From Octopus bimaculoides (lineage: Eukaryota), in the NCBI RefSeq assembly GCF_001194135.2, contig NC_068999.1, positions 50,244,074 to 50,287,913 of the forward strand: a DNA stretch of 43,840 nucleotides, written 5' to 3'. A program made the position numbers and the translations under genes. Below, one piece after another: positions 1 to 41,745 of the stretch; the first letter of the stretch is position 1, and every line of letters begins with the position of its first letter. The notes under the pieces are model-generated. The model saw only the letters and a list, made by a program, of their open reading frames with translations, made no database searches and was not told where the DNA came from.

Positions 1-18
1 TATATATATATATATATA

Positions 19-170
19 TCATCATCATCATCATCGTTTAACGTCCGCTTTCCATGCTAGCATGGGTTGGACGATTTGACTGAGGACTGGTGAAACCGGA
101 TGGCAACACCAGGCTCCAGTCTAATTTGGCAGAGTTTCTACAGCTGGATGCCCTTCCTAACGCCAACCAC
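19..170 (-). mobile_element. 3' end/tail of RTE-type LINE or associated SINE, (GAT)n tail
   Basis: (atc)n-gtttaacgtcc...catgctagcatg...ggatgcccttcctaacgccaacc. The same motifs recur at 3190-3430 (+), and the tail alone at 10103-10122. Confidence 0.6.
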
Positions 171-369
171 TCACATGTACACACATACATACATGTTTAT
201 ATATGTATTATTAAACAAAAAGTTGAAATTAACAATAGAAAAGTTAAAGAGTTAAGACATTGGAAAGTTAAAGGCCCTTAGATTCCAGGTTTTGCTTCCA
301 CATCTGGAAATTCTCATTTAGTTCTGATATGGAATCTGCTATGAGGGCAAGATCATCAGCATATAGTAG

Positions 370-800
370 TTCCCAGGGGCTACCAGTCTTGAATTCCTCT
401 GGCCTGGAGAACAATGATGAAAAGGAGAGGACCAAAGACGGAGACTTGATGAACTCTTACCTGTGCACCAAATTTTTCTCTGTACTCATGGTTAACTCTC
501 ACCTTACTGACATCTTTGTACATGGCCTGTGCAGCTTTCACCAGCCACTCATCTATCCCTAGTCTCCTCAGATCCCACCATATCACACAGCGGGGCACTC
601 TATTGAAGGCCTTCTCTAAATCAATGAATGCCAAGTATAATGATTTATTCTTAGCTAAGTACTGACTATGAAAATAGCGTCACTAGTGCTTATTTCCTGA
701 ACGAAGCTGAACTGCATTTCATTTAGCCTAATTCTCCTCCGAATTAATTGGGCTATTACTCTCTCTGTAATTTTCATAAGTTGGTATAAAAGGCATAAAT
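370..800 (-). mobile_element. Decayed RTE-clade LINE reverse transcriptase fragment
   Basis: FIDLEKAFNRVPR..IWW.LRRLGIDEWLV..MY, HQ.SV..PLLFIIV, and upstream MQFSF..STSDAIF; frameshifted. Confidence 0.85.
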
Positions 801-2574
801 AATTTTCAGTTAAAATATCATTCTTGATGATTCTTTGAAACAAGATGAAAGCACTAAATAAATAGTTATCCAAAATACACACAAGTATGTGCATTGTAAA
901 CAGCTTATTTGTTAAAATGAGTGTAAGAACCCTGAGAGAAAAGTTGGACACAAGAAGCTTCAGATGTGGTGAGCAAGCTGAACTTTCTAAAATCTAAAAG
1001 ATTTGTAGAAATACTTGCTGTATCCGATGGCTTATAAGATGCAATATTGGCTTAAAAATACGTCTCCAGACATCACCCCAGGTCCTTTACGTAAAGTTGC
1101 TTTAAATATAGCTAAAGATGTTGAAAGTGTGATACTCAAACACACGTCCAGACGGTCAGAATTGTATTATAGATTTCCAAGACATTGATAATAATTAAAA
1201 TAATCACTAAAATAAACAAAACAAATAACCGAATTATGAAGTTGATGGAAATCGAGAATGCAGACTTATTCAAGAATTTTGATAATTTAATACTAGTAAG
1301 ATCCTTACTATTAAAATTAGAATGCTAAAGTAGAATTTAGGGCAAATTTACAGAATTAATATTAGCTTGCAGCTCTAAAAAGAATAAGAGTCTGGTGCTA
1401 ATTGCAGTCTGATATGGGAAACCTGTAAAGAAGGAATTTAATTTGTTTCACCGCTTTCTTAAAAACGGTGTAAACTCAAACATTTCTCTTCTTTAATTTT
1501 TTTTCTTCTGTAAACTTGTTTGATTAGTTATAATTGCCAAACTGTTTTCGGGAGGTCCTGCGGTCGATTGAACTGATCTCAGCATTATACTTATATTTAT
1601 TTTCGCTATGCTGCTACCGACTCCAGTGAAATCTGAACTCGGAATGTAGAAGGATAGCAGTGGGTACCGTTGGAGATTTCTTAAAACGATCTACAGGACC
1701 ATTTATCTGATTTCCTGTCTTCATCTAGTTCTCTCTGATCAAGTGGGACCTTCCTCACTTACTGGGACGCAATCCAGCGCAACGCTTTCAGGTTCTTCAA
1801 GAGAATTCTTCTCATTAGCATCATACTTCCAACGACAGCATTCTGCTAAGCATGCCAGCTGTTTCCACCACACCTTCGCTGTTGATGGGATTCTCTCGTC
1901 GGTTTTATCGAGGTATTTTCTCATCAGACATTGTTGCCAGAAAACTTGTGATAAGAGAACACACAAATATGTAAATTTTGTGGCGCTTAATATTTTGCAT
2001 TGAATGGAGTACTTGTGTAACTTGCCCGATCTTAAAGTCCCCTTTCTTAGAGATGTTGCTTCATACCGTGGTAAGGAAAGACTTTAACGTATTCGATTGT
2101 GTTGTTTTTTTAGTTGTTGGCCATCCCCGATTCAGCAGACTTTTGATCAAAAACTGTCCTCACATGACTGTCTTATCTCTTTAGGGACTGCACTATCCAA
2201 TATATCCCACTTTTTTGTACAGTGCGGTTTGATTTGAGGGAGATTTTGGTGGTAGGACCTTCTAAAATGATGAATTTTCAGGGATTTCAGTAATAAAAAA
2301 TAAAAAAATTAAAGGCTTGATCCATCGTTTTTAAGTGCGTAGTACAAAAAGAATTTGAATAAGTTCGCCTTGAGGGCCCGGGGAAGGTTGGAAGGTGTGT
2401 GTGTGTGTGTAAAAAATCATAAACTTTCAAAATTTTTTTCATCAAAGGCTTTACCCCATCATTTTGAAGTGCGTAGAGGAAAAAAATGATTTGAAAAACC
2501 CCCGTCAAAACCGATCAGAGTTTAGAGACAGGTGTAATAGTTAAAAAATTAAAAATACAGAAGTGTTGGTCACA

Positions 2575-2950
2575 TGTCATCGCCTCCGTGAGACTGAACA
2601 ACTGAAGATCATATTTCAGCGCCTCATCTCACGTCTTTGTGGGTCTACCCCTTCCACAGGTTCCCTACACAATTAGAGATCAGCACTTTTTTATGCAGCT
2701 GTCCTCATCCATAGGCATCACATGACCACATCAGTGCAGTCTTCTCTCTTGCACACTTTATTTGATGCCTCTTACACCCATTTCTTTCTCTTAGACACTT
2801 ATGCACTGTTGTACATGCACACTGACACTGTACACCCAGCGGAGCATGCTGGCTTAATCTCTTTCAAGCCTTTGCATGTTCTCTGCAATAACGTAGACAA
2901 ATATCGCTCTGTTACATACCATACAACCTTCCTTTACTAAAATCATCTCC
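2575..2950 (-). mobile_element. Decayed RTE LINE ORF C-terminus
   Basis: Minus-strand translation QERRLH*CGHVMPMDEDSCIKKC*..GTCGRGRP.KT*DEAL, typical of RRLRW.GHV...RGRP. Confidence 0.8.
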
Positions 2951-3069
2951 GTGCCTAGAGGAGGTATCATTATGAAATGGAAATTTTGACAAGCTCACAC
3001 ATGAGAAGGGAAGATAATTCTCAAGCTTTAAAAATTCTTCGTTAACGACATGCCATTTAGGAAAGGGAC

Positions 3070-3135
3070 AGATTCATTGGCGATCTTTCGATACTAGTCT
3101 ACCACAACTTCCGGTCGTTGCGCGCACGCATACTG
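3070..3135 (+). promoter_or_regulatory. Candidate FUT promoter / non-coding first exon region
   Basis: Local CpG cluster (ccggtcgttgcgcgcacg), ETS-type ACTTCCGG and inverted CCAAT (attgg), ~600 bp upstream of the 3718 acceptor, which requires an upstream exon. Inference only. Confidence 0.3.
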
Positions 3136-3189
3136 ATTACATGATCGTATAGTGTGTTTATGTGTTTAAATGACTTGAAAATGTCTCCA

Positions 3190-3430
3190 TGGATGTCATG
3201 TGATGGTTGTAAATGAACATCACCATCATACAGCCAGCAGTGTTCATTTTTAGTCTTCTAAGAAAAAAAACATGTCTGGCCATCTGGAAATATTGCCGTG
3301 CTTGGAAACAGGTGAGGGTTGGCAATAAAAGGCATCAAGCTGCAGAAAATCTGCTTTGATAGATTCCATCTGACCCATGCTAGCATAGAAAAGTGAATGT
3401 TAAAACAACAATGACAATGACAAAAATGGT
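3190..3430 (+). mobile_element. RTE-associated 3' UTR/tail remnant
   Basis: gggttggcaat..aaggcatc..gctgcagaaa..gacccatgctagcat.gaaaagtg.atgttaa: reverse orientation of the 19-170 element. Confidence 0.55.
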
Positions 3431-3761
3431 GATGGATAGAAAAAGGCTGCTCTCATGACTTTATCAGTACCTCTGAAATTGGGGAAAGAAAACCGAGATG
3501 TTATCTTTAAATCAGAAAGCCTGGCTTAAATGTTTGCAACAGCGTGAACTCTATTAAAAGCACCGAAATAGCTTGTGATGGTGTTACACTGACCACGGGC
3601 AATTATGAGAGCTCAACTAAACCCCTTCCTTTAACAAATTTGTTTCCTTCTATCAACAGACCAAGTAATAACTTTTGTGTAATCTCCACCTCCCTCTCTT
3701 TCTCTCTCCTCTCTCCAGGTCAACCAAATGCATTAACATCAGTCTTGTACAAATCGTTGCC

Positions 3762-4054
3762 ATGCTGGTCAACTTTCACTGGAGGAAGTTTATTGTGTTG
3801 TCTGTTGCCGTCTTTTTTATCTACGGCGGATTTAAATATCTTGTGCGTGGTAAGAAACAGAAACCAGATGGTATCAGCGTATCGGTCCGGTTTTCTGGAC
3901 GTTTTGGCAACCATTTGTTTCAGTATGCATCATTATTGGGAATCGCTCGTAAAAATAACATGACCGCCTGTGTTCCAAGTTGGCTTGACCTCAGTTCAGT
4001 ATTTAACATTGACATGTGTGATGGTGATGTAAGAGATTTTGGGGCCTATGTCAG
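3762..4054 (+). CDS. FUT coding exon 1 (exon begins at 3719 after a strong acceptor; ATG at 3762)
   Basis: Long CT tract + cag ending at 3718; TM segment and GRFGNHLFQY motif; donor gtgagt at 4055. Confidence 0.9.
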
Positions 4055-5169
4055 GTGAGTTTTTTTAAAAAATTTATCATTTTATTTTATACAAGGGTTA
4101 AGGTAGCAAGCTGACTGAATTGCTAACATGCTGAATAAAATGCTTAGTAGCGTTTTCTTTCTAGTTTTCAGTTCTGAGTTCAAATACCAACAAGGTTGAC
4201 TTTGCCTTTCATCCTTTTGAGACTGATAAAATAAGTCCTGGTTGAACACTGGGGTTGATGTAATTGACTTAACCCATCCCACTAAAATTACTAGTCTTGT
4301 GCCAAAATTTGAAACCATTTAATGCAGGGTTGTATCAGAAGTAATGCAAAAATGGCATAACATGTTTTTTTTTTTATTGAAACTGACATATGTCATTCAA
4401 ATTGCACATGTTGATAGAGTAACTCTTCTTCCAGTTCTTGCAAGCAAATAACAACCTCCAAGCAGAAGCAGTGTGCCCTCATTGAGTTCTTGACAATAGA
4501 GAAGTGCAATCTCTCTAATAGCCACAGAAGGCCACAGATTGTTTATGGAAATCCCATCTTTGACATGAGCAAATTGCACAGATGGATAAAGAAGTTCAAA
4601 GAAAGGGGAACCAACATTGAAGGACACACCATAAAGTGGGAGACCATCAACTTTGACTATTGACTGGAATCATCAGTGCATGGGTGAATTGATCCTTGTG
4701 GACAGATGAGTCACAATTTCTGAGCTTGCAGTAGAGCTGGACAGTAGTCATAGTGCATTACAGATAATATTTGAAGGAGAAACGTGTAGAAGCCAGGTCT
4801 GATTTGCTGGAAGTATTTGAAGCCAATGAAGACATGTTCTTTTTTTTCTCTCTGATCTAGTAATAGGGAATGAAATGTAGGCATATATATATAAGATCCG
4901 GAAATTCAGAAATTCAATCGCCATCACACCTCTTCTCCAAGGCTTGAGAAGTTCAAGAGCCAGCATTCGACTGTTTATTAGGATGACTGATTTCTGGAAC
5001 ATGGCTGCATCATGAAATGTTAAAGGGACTTTTCAATCACATTGTTTTTTTTTTGGGGTGGGGGGATCTTACATCTGTTTGATAAATATGTTATTGAAGT
5101 GTTGTTTTACAGCTGGATACCTTTGTTGATGCTAACTCTTACTTGTTTTTCAAGTAAGAGATGTGTATT

Positions 5170-5200
<31 letters not shown>

Positions 5201-5977
5201 AAGTATGTACACACACATCCACATACATGCACCTAAAAGAAAGATATCTGTTTCTCAAAGATGCCCTCACTGTTTTCCTATTCTTTTTCTACGTTTCATA
5301 GCTACAATGAAGAAATGTTTGCCAAGTTTTTCCCCCACTTCTTCAAACTTCCTAAACAGAACACCTTGTTAAATGGATACCTTCAGTCTTTCAAATACTT
5401 TGACTTCATGAAATCAGAAATTCTTCAGAATCAGTTCCGCTTCAGAGAAAAATATCAGTTAATGGCAAACAGTTTTCTACAGAAATTACTCACAGAACAT
5501 CGCAAAAAACAAATCAACACCAAACAAAGCCTGGTAGAATCTTTGATCAAAGATGGCAATGCAGATGACCACCCAGTTGTTGTGGGAATTCATGTGCGAC
5601 GTGGAGATTTTGTCCGAGGTTATACCCGTGGCTACAGCACACCACCCCTTCCGTATTATTATCGCGCCATGAACTACTTTCTCAGAAAGTACCCCAAAAT
5701 CATTTTTGTCATCTGCAGCAATGATATTGTATGGTGTCAAGATAACTTAGCTGATGAAAACATTTACTTCTCAGGCACTAAGAATGTATATGTCGACTTC
5801 GCTATTCTAGCTAGTTGCGACCACGTCATTTTAAGCTCGGGGACTTTTTCATGGTGGGCTGGTTACCTCAACAAAGGCATCGTTGTTTATTATAAAGATT
5901 TCCCACGTCCCAATAGCATTCTGGAGAAATCTTTTAATCGCAAGGATTATTACCCAGATTCTTGGATTCCACTCTGA
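3762..5977 (+). CDS. Alpha-1,2-fucosyltransferase, glycosyltransferase family 11 (FUT1/FUT2-like), 2 coding exons: join(3762..4054,5302..5977), 322 aa
   Basis: Type II membrane topology (MLVNFHWRK + hydrophobic FIVLSVAVFFIYGGF). GT11 motifs GRFGNHLFQYASL, GYLQSFKYF, VGIHVRRGD, FVICSND, DFAILASCDHVILSSGTFSWWAGYL. Splice AG|gtgagt at 4054 and tttcatag|C at 5302 are phase-2 compatible (codon AGC). TGA at 5975-5977. Paralog identity cannot be assigned by eye. Confidence 0.93.
4100..4318 (+). mobile_element. SINE family B copy (CpG-decayed) in the FUT intron
   Basis: Aligns by eye to copies at 35420, 41360 and 41598 (gagttcaaat...gactttgcctttcatcc...gataaaataagt...tgccaaaatttgaaacc). Confidence 0.8.
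4323..5035 (+). mobile_element. Decayed, 3'-truncated mariner (Tc1/mariner) transposon in the FUT intron
   Basis: Frameshifted transposase: KQCALIEFL...VYG, WIKKFKE, SGRPSTLT...DR*VTISELAVEL, KRVEARSDLL, IGNEM*AYIYDPE (GDETW..YDPE-like), SSPRLEKFKSQ. Confidence 0.85.
5302..5977 (+). CDS. FUT coding exon 2 (catalytic domain)
   Basis: ORF 5261..5977 entered at the acceptor 5301/5302; HVRRGD and SGTFSWW motifs. Confidence 0.95.
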
Positions 5978-6557
5978 TNNNNNNNNNNNNNNNNNNNNNN
6001 NNNNNNNNNNNNNNNNNNNNNNNNNNNNNNNNNNNNNNNNNNNNNNNNNNNNNNNNNNNNNNNNNNNNNNNNNNNNNNNNNNNNNNNNNNNNNNNNNNNN
6101 NNNNNNNNNNNNNNNNNNNNNNNNNNNNNNNNNNNNNNNNNNNNNNNNNNNNNNNNNNNNNNNNNNNNNNNNNNNNNNNNNNNNNNNNNNNNNNNNNNNN
6201 NNNNNNNNNNNNNNNNNNNNNNNNNNNNNNNNNNNNNNNNNNNNNNNNNNNNNNNNNNNNNNNNNNNNNNNNNNNNNNNNNNNNNNNNNNNNNNNNNNNN
6301 NNNNNNNNNNNNNNNNNNNNNNNNNNNNNNNNNNNNNNNNNNNNNNNNNNNNNNNNNNNNNNNNNNNNNNNNNNNNNNNNNNNNNNNNNNNNNNNNNTCT
6401 AACAGTTCATTTGTTTGAAGTGGGTATTTTCACAAGGCATGTATGTGCGTATGTATATCCTTTACCTTGTTTTAGGCATATGACTATGGTCTGCCTCAAG
6501 GGGTTTAGTTGAATGAATCAATCCCACAGTATTTTTTTTTTTTTTAGAGTCTGGTAT

Positions 6558-6597
<40 letters not shown>

Positions 6598-6780
6598 TGA
6601 CAGACAGACACACTCACACACAGACACACACACACACACACAGATACACACACACATGATGTGCTTTCACACAGTTTCTGTCTACTAAATTTAGTCCCAT
6701 TTCTTACTAGTTTATATTATACATGATTCATTCAATCAATGATGTATAATTCAATATATATGTACACACACACACACACA

Positions 6781-6832
<52 letters not shown>

Positions 6833-8264
6833 NNNNNNNNNNCATCATCAGATAAAAAATGCTGAAATATCTATTTACACTTGTTTGTGTTTTTCTTTCA
6901 TTTGAATTATTTTGGTGGTTTGCAAAGTTTTCCCCTAAAGACTCTATCCTTTTGTTTTGCCTTGCTTTGTTTTGTGTGTGTGGGTTTGTGTGTGTGTGTG
7001 TGGGTATGTGTTTGTACATACACTGACAGCTCAAAAGTAAATAGACACTCCTCATTATACTGTGTTACATCTGTGCTGAACTGCTTACTACTTTGTTGCC
7101 CTAAAATGGTTTAAATCATTGAAAACTGCACAAGGCATGTTTACTAAATGCTAAATCAAGTATTTGAATGCACCAAAGGACATTATTTTGTTTATAGAAG
7201 TACTGTATTTGATGGCTTATAACAAGGGTTTTCAAACTTTTTGACTTGCAGACCCCTTTATATTTCAGGCTTTACCTTAGGGACCCCCTTATAAACGCTT
7301 ATGAAATTTATACATAAATATTTGCTTAAAATAACATATATATTTTACATTTATTTATTTAACAGTATTTAACAAATAGGTTTATTGTCAATTAAAAGAT
7401 TTCGATTAAAAAACATATATCAAATCAAATTGCCCATAAAAAGTATTTGCTGTCCACGGACCCCCTGTCTTGTCCTTGAGAAAGAAAATCTGATACACAT
7501 ACATACACACACGCATGCATACATACACACACACACACGTTTGCGTATATATATATATANNNNNNNNNNNNNNNNNNNNNNNNNNNNNNNNNNNNNNNNN
7601 NNNNNNNNNNNNNNNNNNNNNNNNNNNNNNNNNNNNNNNNNNNNNNNNNNNNNNNNNNNNNNNNNNNNNNNNNNNNNNNNNNNNNNNNNNNNNNNNNNNN
7701 NNNNNNNNNNNNNNNNNNNNNNNNNNNNNNNNNNNNNNNNNNNNNNNNNNNNNNNNNNNNNNNNNNNNNNNNNNNNNNNNNNNNNNNNNNNNNNNNNNNN
7801 NNNNNNNNNNNNNNNNNNNNNNNNNNNNNNNNNNNNNNNNNNNNNNNNNNNNNNNNNNNNNNNNNNNNNNNNNNNNNNNNNNNNNNNNNNNNNNNNNNNN
7901 NNNNNNNNNNNNNNNNNNNNNNNNNNNNNNNNNNNNNNNNNNNNNNNNNNNNNNNNNNNNNNNNNNNNNNNNNNNNNNNNNNNNNNNNNNNNNNNNNNNN
8001 NNNNNNNNNNNNNNNNNNNNNNNNNNNNNNNNNNNNNNNNNNNNNNNNNNNNNNNNNNNNNNNNNNNNNNNNNNNNNNNNNNNNNNNNNNNNNNNNNNNN
8101 NNNNNNNNNNNNNNNNNNNNNNNNNNNNNNNNAAAAAAAAAAAAAAAAAAAAAAAATTACAAACAAAATATATTTTGTTTATAAAACAACAAAAGGAAGA
8201 AACTGATTTCGAACCAGTCTAAATATATTAATGACCAGGTATTAATTAAGATTGTTTTGAATCA

Positions 8265-38845
<30,581 letters not shown>

Positions 38846-38924
38846 TATGGGTCCTGTTGAAAAAAAAATAATGGATAAATGAATAATAAATTAATTAATG
38901 AATAGATTTTTATTATTATTTTTA

Positions 38925-39110
38925 TCCTTTTTAGTTGTTTCATTCATTTGAATGCAGTCATGCTGGAGCAACGCCTTGCAGGGTTTTAGTCGAAGAAATT
39001 GGCCTAAGTATTTTTTTTTTTTAAAGTCTGGTATTTTGCCGAACAGCTAAGTTACAGGAACGTAAATTAACAACTAACACTGGTAGCCATGTGGTGGGGA
39101 GGGGGCAAAT
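38925..39110 (-). mobile_element. SINE family C 3' half
   Basis: catgctggagcaacgcctt...ttttagtcgaa...ttttgccgaac.gctaagttac.gga.cgtaaa. Confidence 0.7.
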
Positions 39111-39124
39111 ACAGAAACGCATAT

Positions 39125-39375
39125 GTGGTTACAAAAACAAGAGAAAGAGGAGATCTATAGACCATTGGTAAGGAGTTTGCAAGTCCAGTACCCAAGGCAC
39201 ACTTTCAGCTTCATACCCATTATTATTGGAATAACAGGGTGCATACCAACCCATCTGGAGCAAAGTATGGCTAAACTTGGAATCTTGAGGAGATAGTGCA
39301 AATCCTCAGTTCATAAGCTATAAATGATCTCGATATCTGAGACTATAAAAATCTGCAAGATCTTCCTAAGATTTA
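39125..39375 (+). mobile_element. REL non-LTR 3' end, family of 26635-26835
   Basis: KTREKEEIYRPLVRSLQVQYP...FIPIIIG.TG.IP..L...SETIKICKIFLRFK. Confidence 0.7.
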
Positions 39376-40194
39376 AAGAACGGCGGTTAAACCATGATAC
39401 TTTCCTTCCCAACCTTGCCACCAAGTTGTTGGCCGGTTAAAATTTAATATAAATTTAAAAAAGAAAGAAAAGATATACATATGTGTGTGTATGTATGTGT
39501 GTGTGTGTGTGTGAATTGAGGTGACGTTGTACACGGGGCAACCTTGATTTAAATTTACGACACAAAACCATTAAATTAAAAGGGAATGTTAAAATTTATA
39601 ATGTCATTTAAGCAAGCAACGTCAAAACAAAAGACAGCCCAAGTCTAGGAAGTAAGTGGACGTTCGGTGGTTATTCAGGTTTTAATCAAACTTTACAACC
39701 AAAGGAAGCTGTGAGAAGAGTAATTCTGACAAAGCGCCTCTGTCTGATTGACAGTTGCAATAAAACAGCAGGTAATTGAAATAGAGCCGAAACACCGGTT
39801 CAACGCACGAATAATATAAGTGACTGTTACGTAAAGTAGCAAGTAAGCAGCACTCGACAAAGGTAGCTGTCGCGATACATTATTGTATTATTCCATTATA
39901 TATAATAATGGACGTTGCGATTCATAGCTGTTTATTGGATTGGGTAAGATCCTTTAACTCTATTTGTCTAAGAAAGCTTCGTAGTTAATGTAGGAATTTT
40001 ATGCAATCTTACTCAAGCCATTGTTTTGGTAAGAACAACCAATACTCGAAGACAACGTATTTGGAATGCAATTATTTCGAGAGCCATTGTTAATCGGATC
40101 TGGAAGACGGCGAGCTGGCAGAGTCGTTATGACGCCGCGCAAAATGCTTTGCGATATTTCGTCCATCTTTACATACATACAAGCATGTGTGTTG

Positions 40195-40541
40195 TGTTGG
40201 CACTCCGTCGCTTACGACGTCGAGGGTTCCAGTTGATCCGAACAACGGAACAGCCTGCTCGTGAAATTAACGTGCAGGTGGCTGAGCACTCCACAGACAC
40301 GTGTACCCTTAACGTGGTTCTCGGGGATATTCAGCGTGACACAGACTGTGACAAGGCTGACCCTTTTGAATTACAGGCACAACAGAAACAGGAAGAAAGA
40401 GTGAGAGAAAGTTGTAGTGAAAGAGTACAGCAGGGTTCACCACCATCCCCTGCCGGAGCCTCGTGGAGCTTTAGGTGTTTTCGCTCAATAAACACTCATA
40501 ACGCCCGGTCTGCTCTAACAACTGAGCCAATGCGCCTCCAC
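40195..40541 (-). mobile_element. SINE family A (internal deletion in the head), sitting between a family B head (40103-40170) and a family C piece (40570-40640)
   Basis: Matches 29670-30052 except for ~35-40 bp missing after cccggtctg. Confidence 0.85.
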
Positions 40542-41010
40542 CACATACATACATATATACATGTATACAAATTCACTCACAAGGCATTGGTCGATCCGGA
40601 GCTGTTGTAGAAGGCATTTGTCCAAGACGCCGCACACCAGGACAGAACCCGAACCGTCTTAATGCCTGCGTATATAATTTATCGTTTATGCTTTCTTGCA
40701 TTCGATCAATAATGCTTTCAAATGTTGGCAGACGACCAGTGATTTCGGGCAGGTTTTAAGTGACGATAACGGATTATGATCCATCCTGAGCATCTGTCAC
40801 ATTGTATATCTTTTACCTTTCACCTGTTTCAGTCATTGGACTGCGGCCATCCTCAAAGGATGAAAAGGTAAGTTGACCTTGGCTGGTGCTAAACTCAGAA
40901 CGTAACTAAAATCTCAAGTCATTTTTCCAACGATCAAACAATTTTAAGTATTAAGGCTAATTGGTTTCTCTGCAATGAACTTTGAGCAATTAAGATATTT
41001 TATTTTTGCT

Positions 41011-41041
<31 letters not shown>

Positions 41042-41359
41042 TTCATGAACTATAATATTTCATATCTACTTGTGACATTTTATTAAAAATTAACACAAGT
41101 AGTAGAGGTATACCAGAAATTGTTAAGATTAGTTAAGAGAGTTATAGCTGACATTTTGAAATTCTGTCACATCGTTGCAAAATTCCTACCCCGCGTCAAC
41201 TTTCTTTAAACACATTTATTATTGCTTCGTTAAGCTGATAGTCTATAAAAATAGAATCCCCCCCTTTAATAGCAACGTAGAAGGAGAGACAAACTACTTA
41301 ATTTTCTTACTTTAACTTTCGTATGTTTAGTTTTCGATGAAAATGTTTTGACCGTGGGA

Positions 41360-41745
41360 TAAGGCGGCGAGTCGGCAGAATCGTTAGCGCGTCGGAAAGA
41401 AAAATCACTTAGCGGCATTTCTTCCGATTTTACGTTCCGAGTTCAAATGTCTCCGAGGTAGATTTTGCCTTTCACCCTTTAGGGTTCGATAAAATAAATA
41501 TCATTTGGACACTGAAGTTGATGTCATCGACTTAACCCCTCTCCGAAAATTGCTGGCTTTGTGCCAAAAATTGAAATCAATATTTTGAGCATGAAGTAAG
41601 GCGGGGAGCTAGCAGAGTCGTTATCGCGCCGGAAAAAATTGCTTAGTGACTTTCTTCCGATTTTACGTTCTGAGTTCAAATGCCGCCGAGGTCGACTTTG
41701 ACTTTTGTCCTTCCGGTGTCGATAAAACAATAAGTACCAGTTTGA
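41360..41745 (+). mobile_element. Two head-to-tail SINE family B copies (41360-41580, 41598-41745)
   Basis: Both start aaggcgg(c/g)gag..(g/a)gcaga(a/g)tcgtta.cgcg.cggaaa and carry gagttcaaatg...ccgaggt.ga.tttg. Confidence 0.85.

Noticed and set aside
1660-2200. Several short overlapping ORFs in a GC-richer block
   Set aside because: Stops in all frames and no recognisable motif; probably an old TE interior, but I cannot assign it without a database search.
3895-3930. GNH instead of GNQ in GT11 motif I (GRFGNHLFQY)
   Set aside because: The other catalytic motifs are intact, and I cannot show without an alignment that His is unusual among invertebrate GT11 proteins.
40026-40610. 194-aa + strand ORF
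   Set aside because: Antisense read-through of SINE family A plus flanking SINE pieces. Similar text (CSTTCTLISRAGCSVDRINWN) appears in ORFs at 19671, 29634 and 43582 because they are copies of the same repeat.
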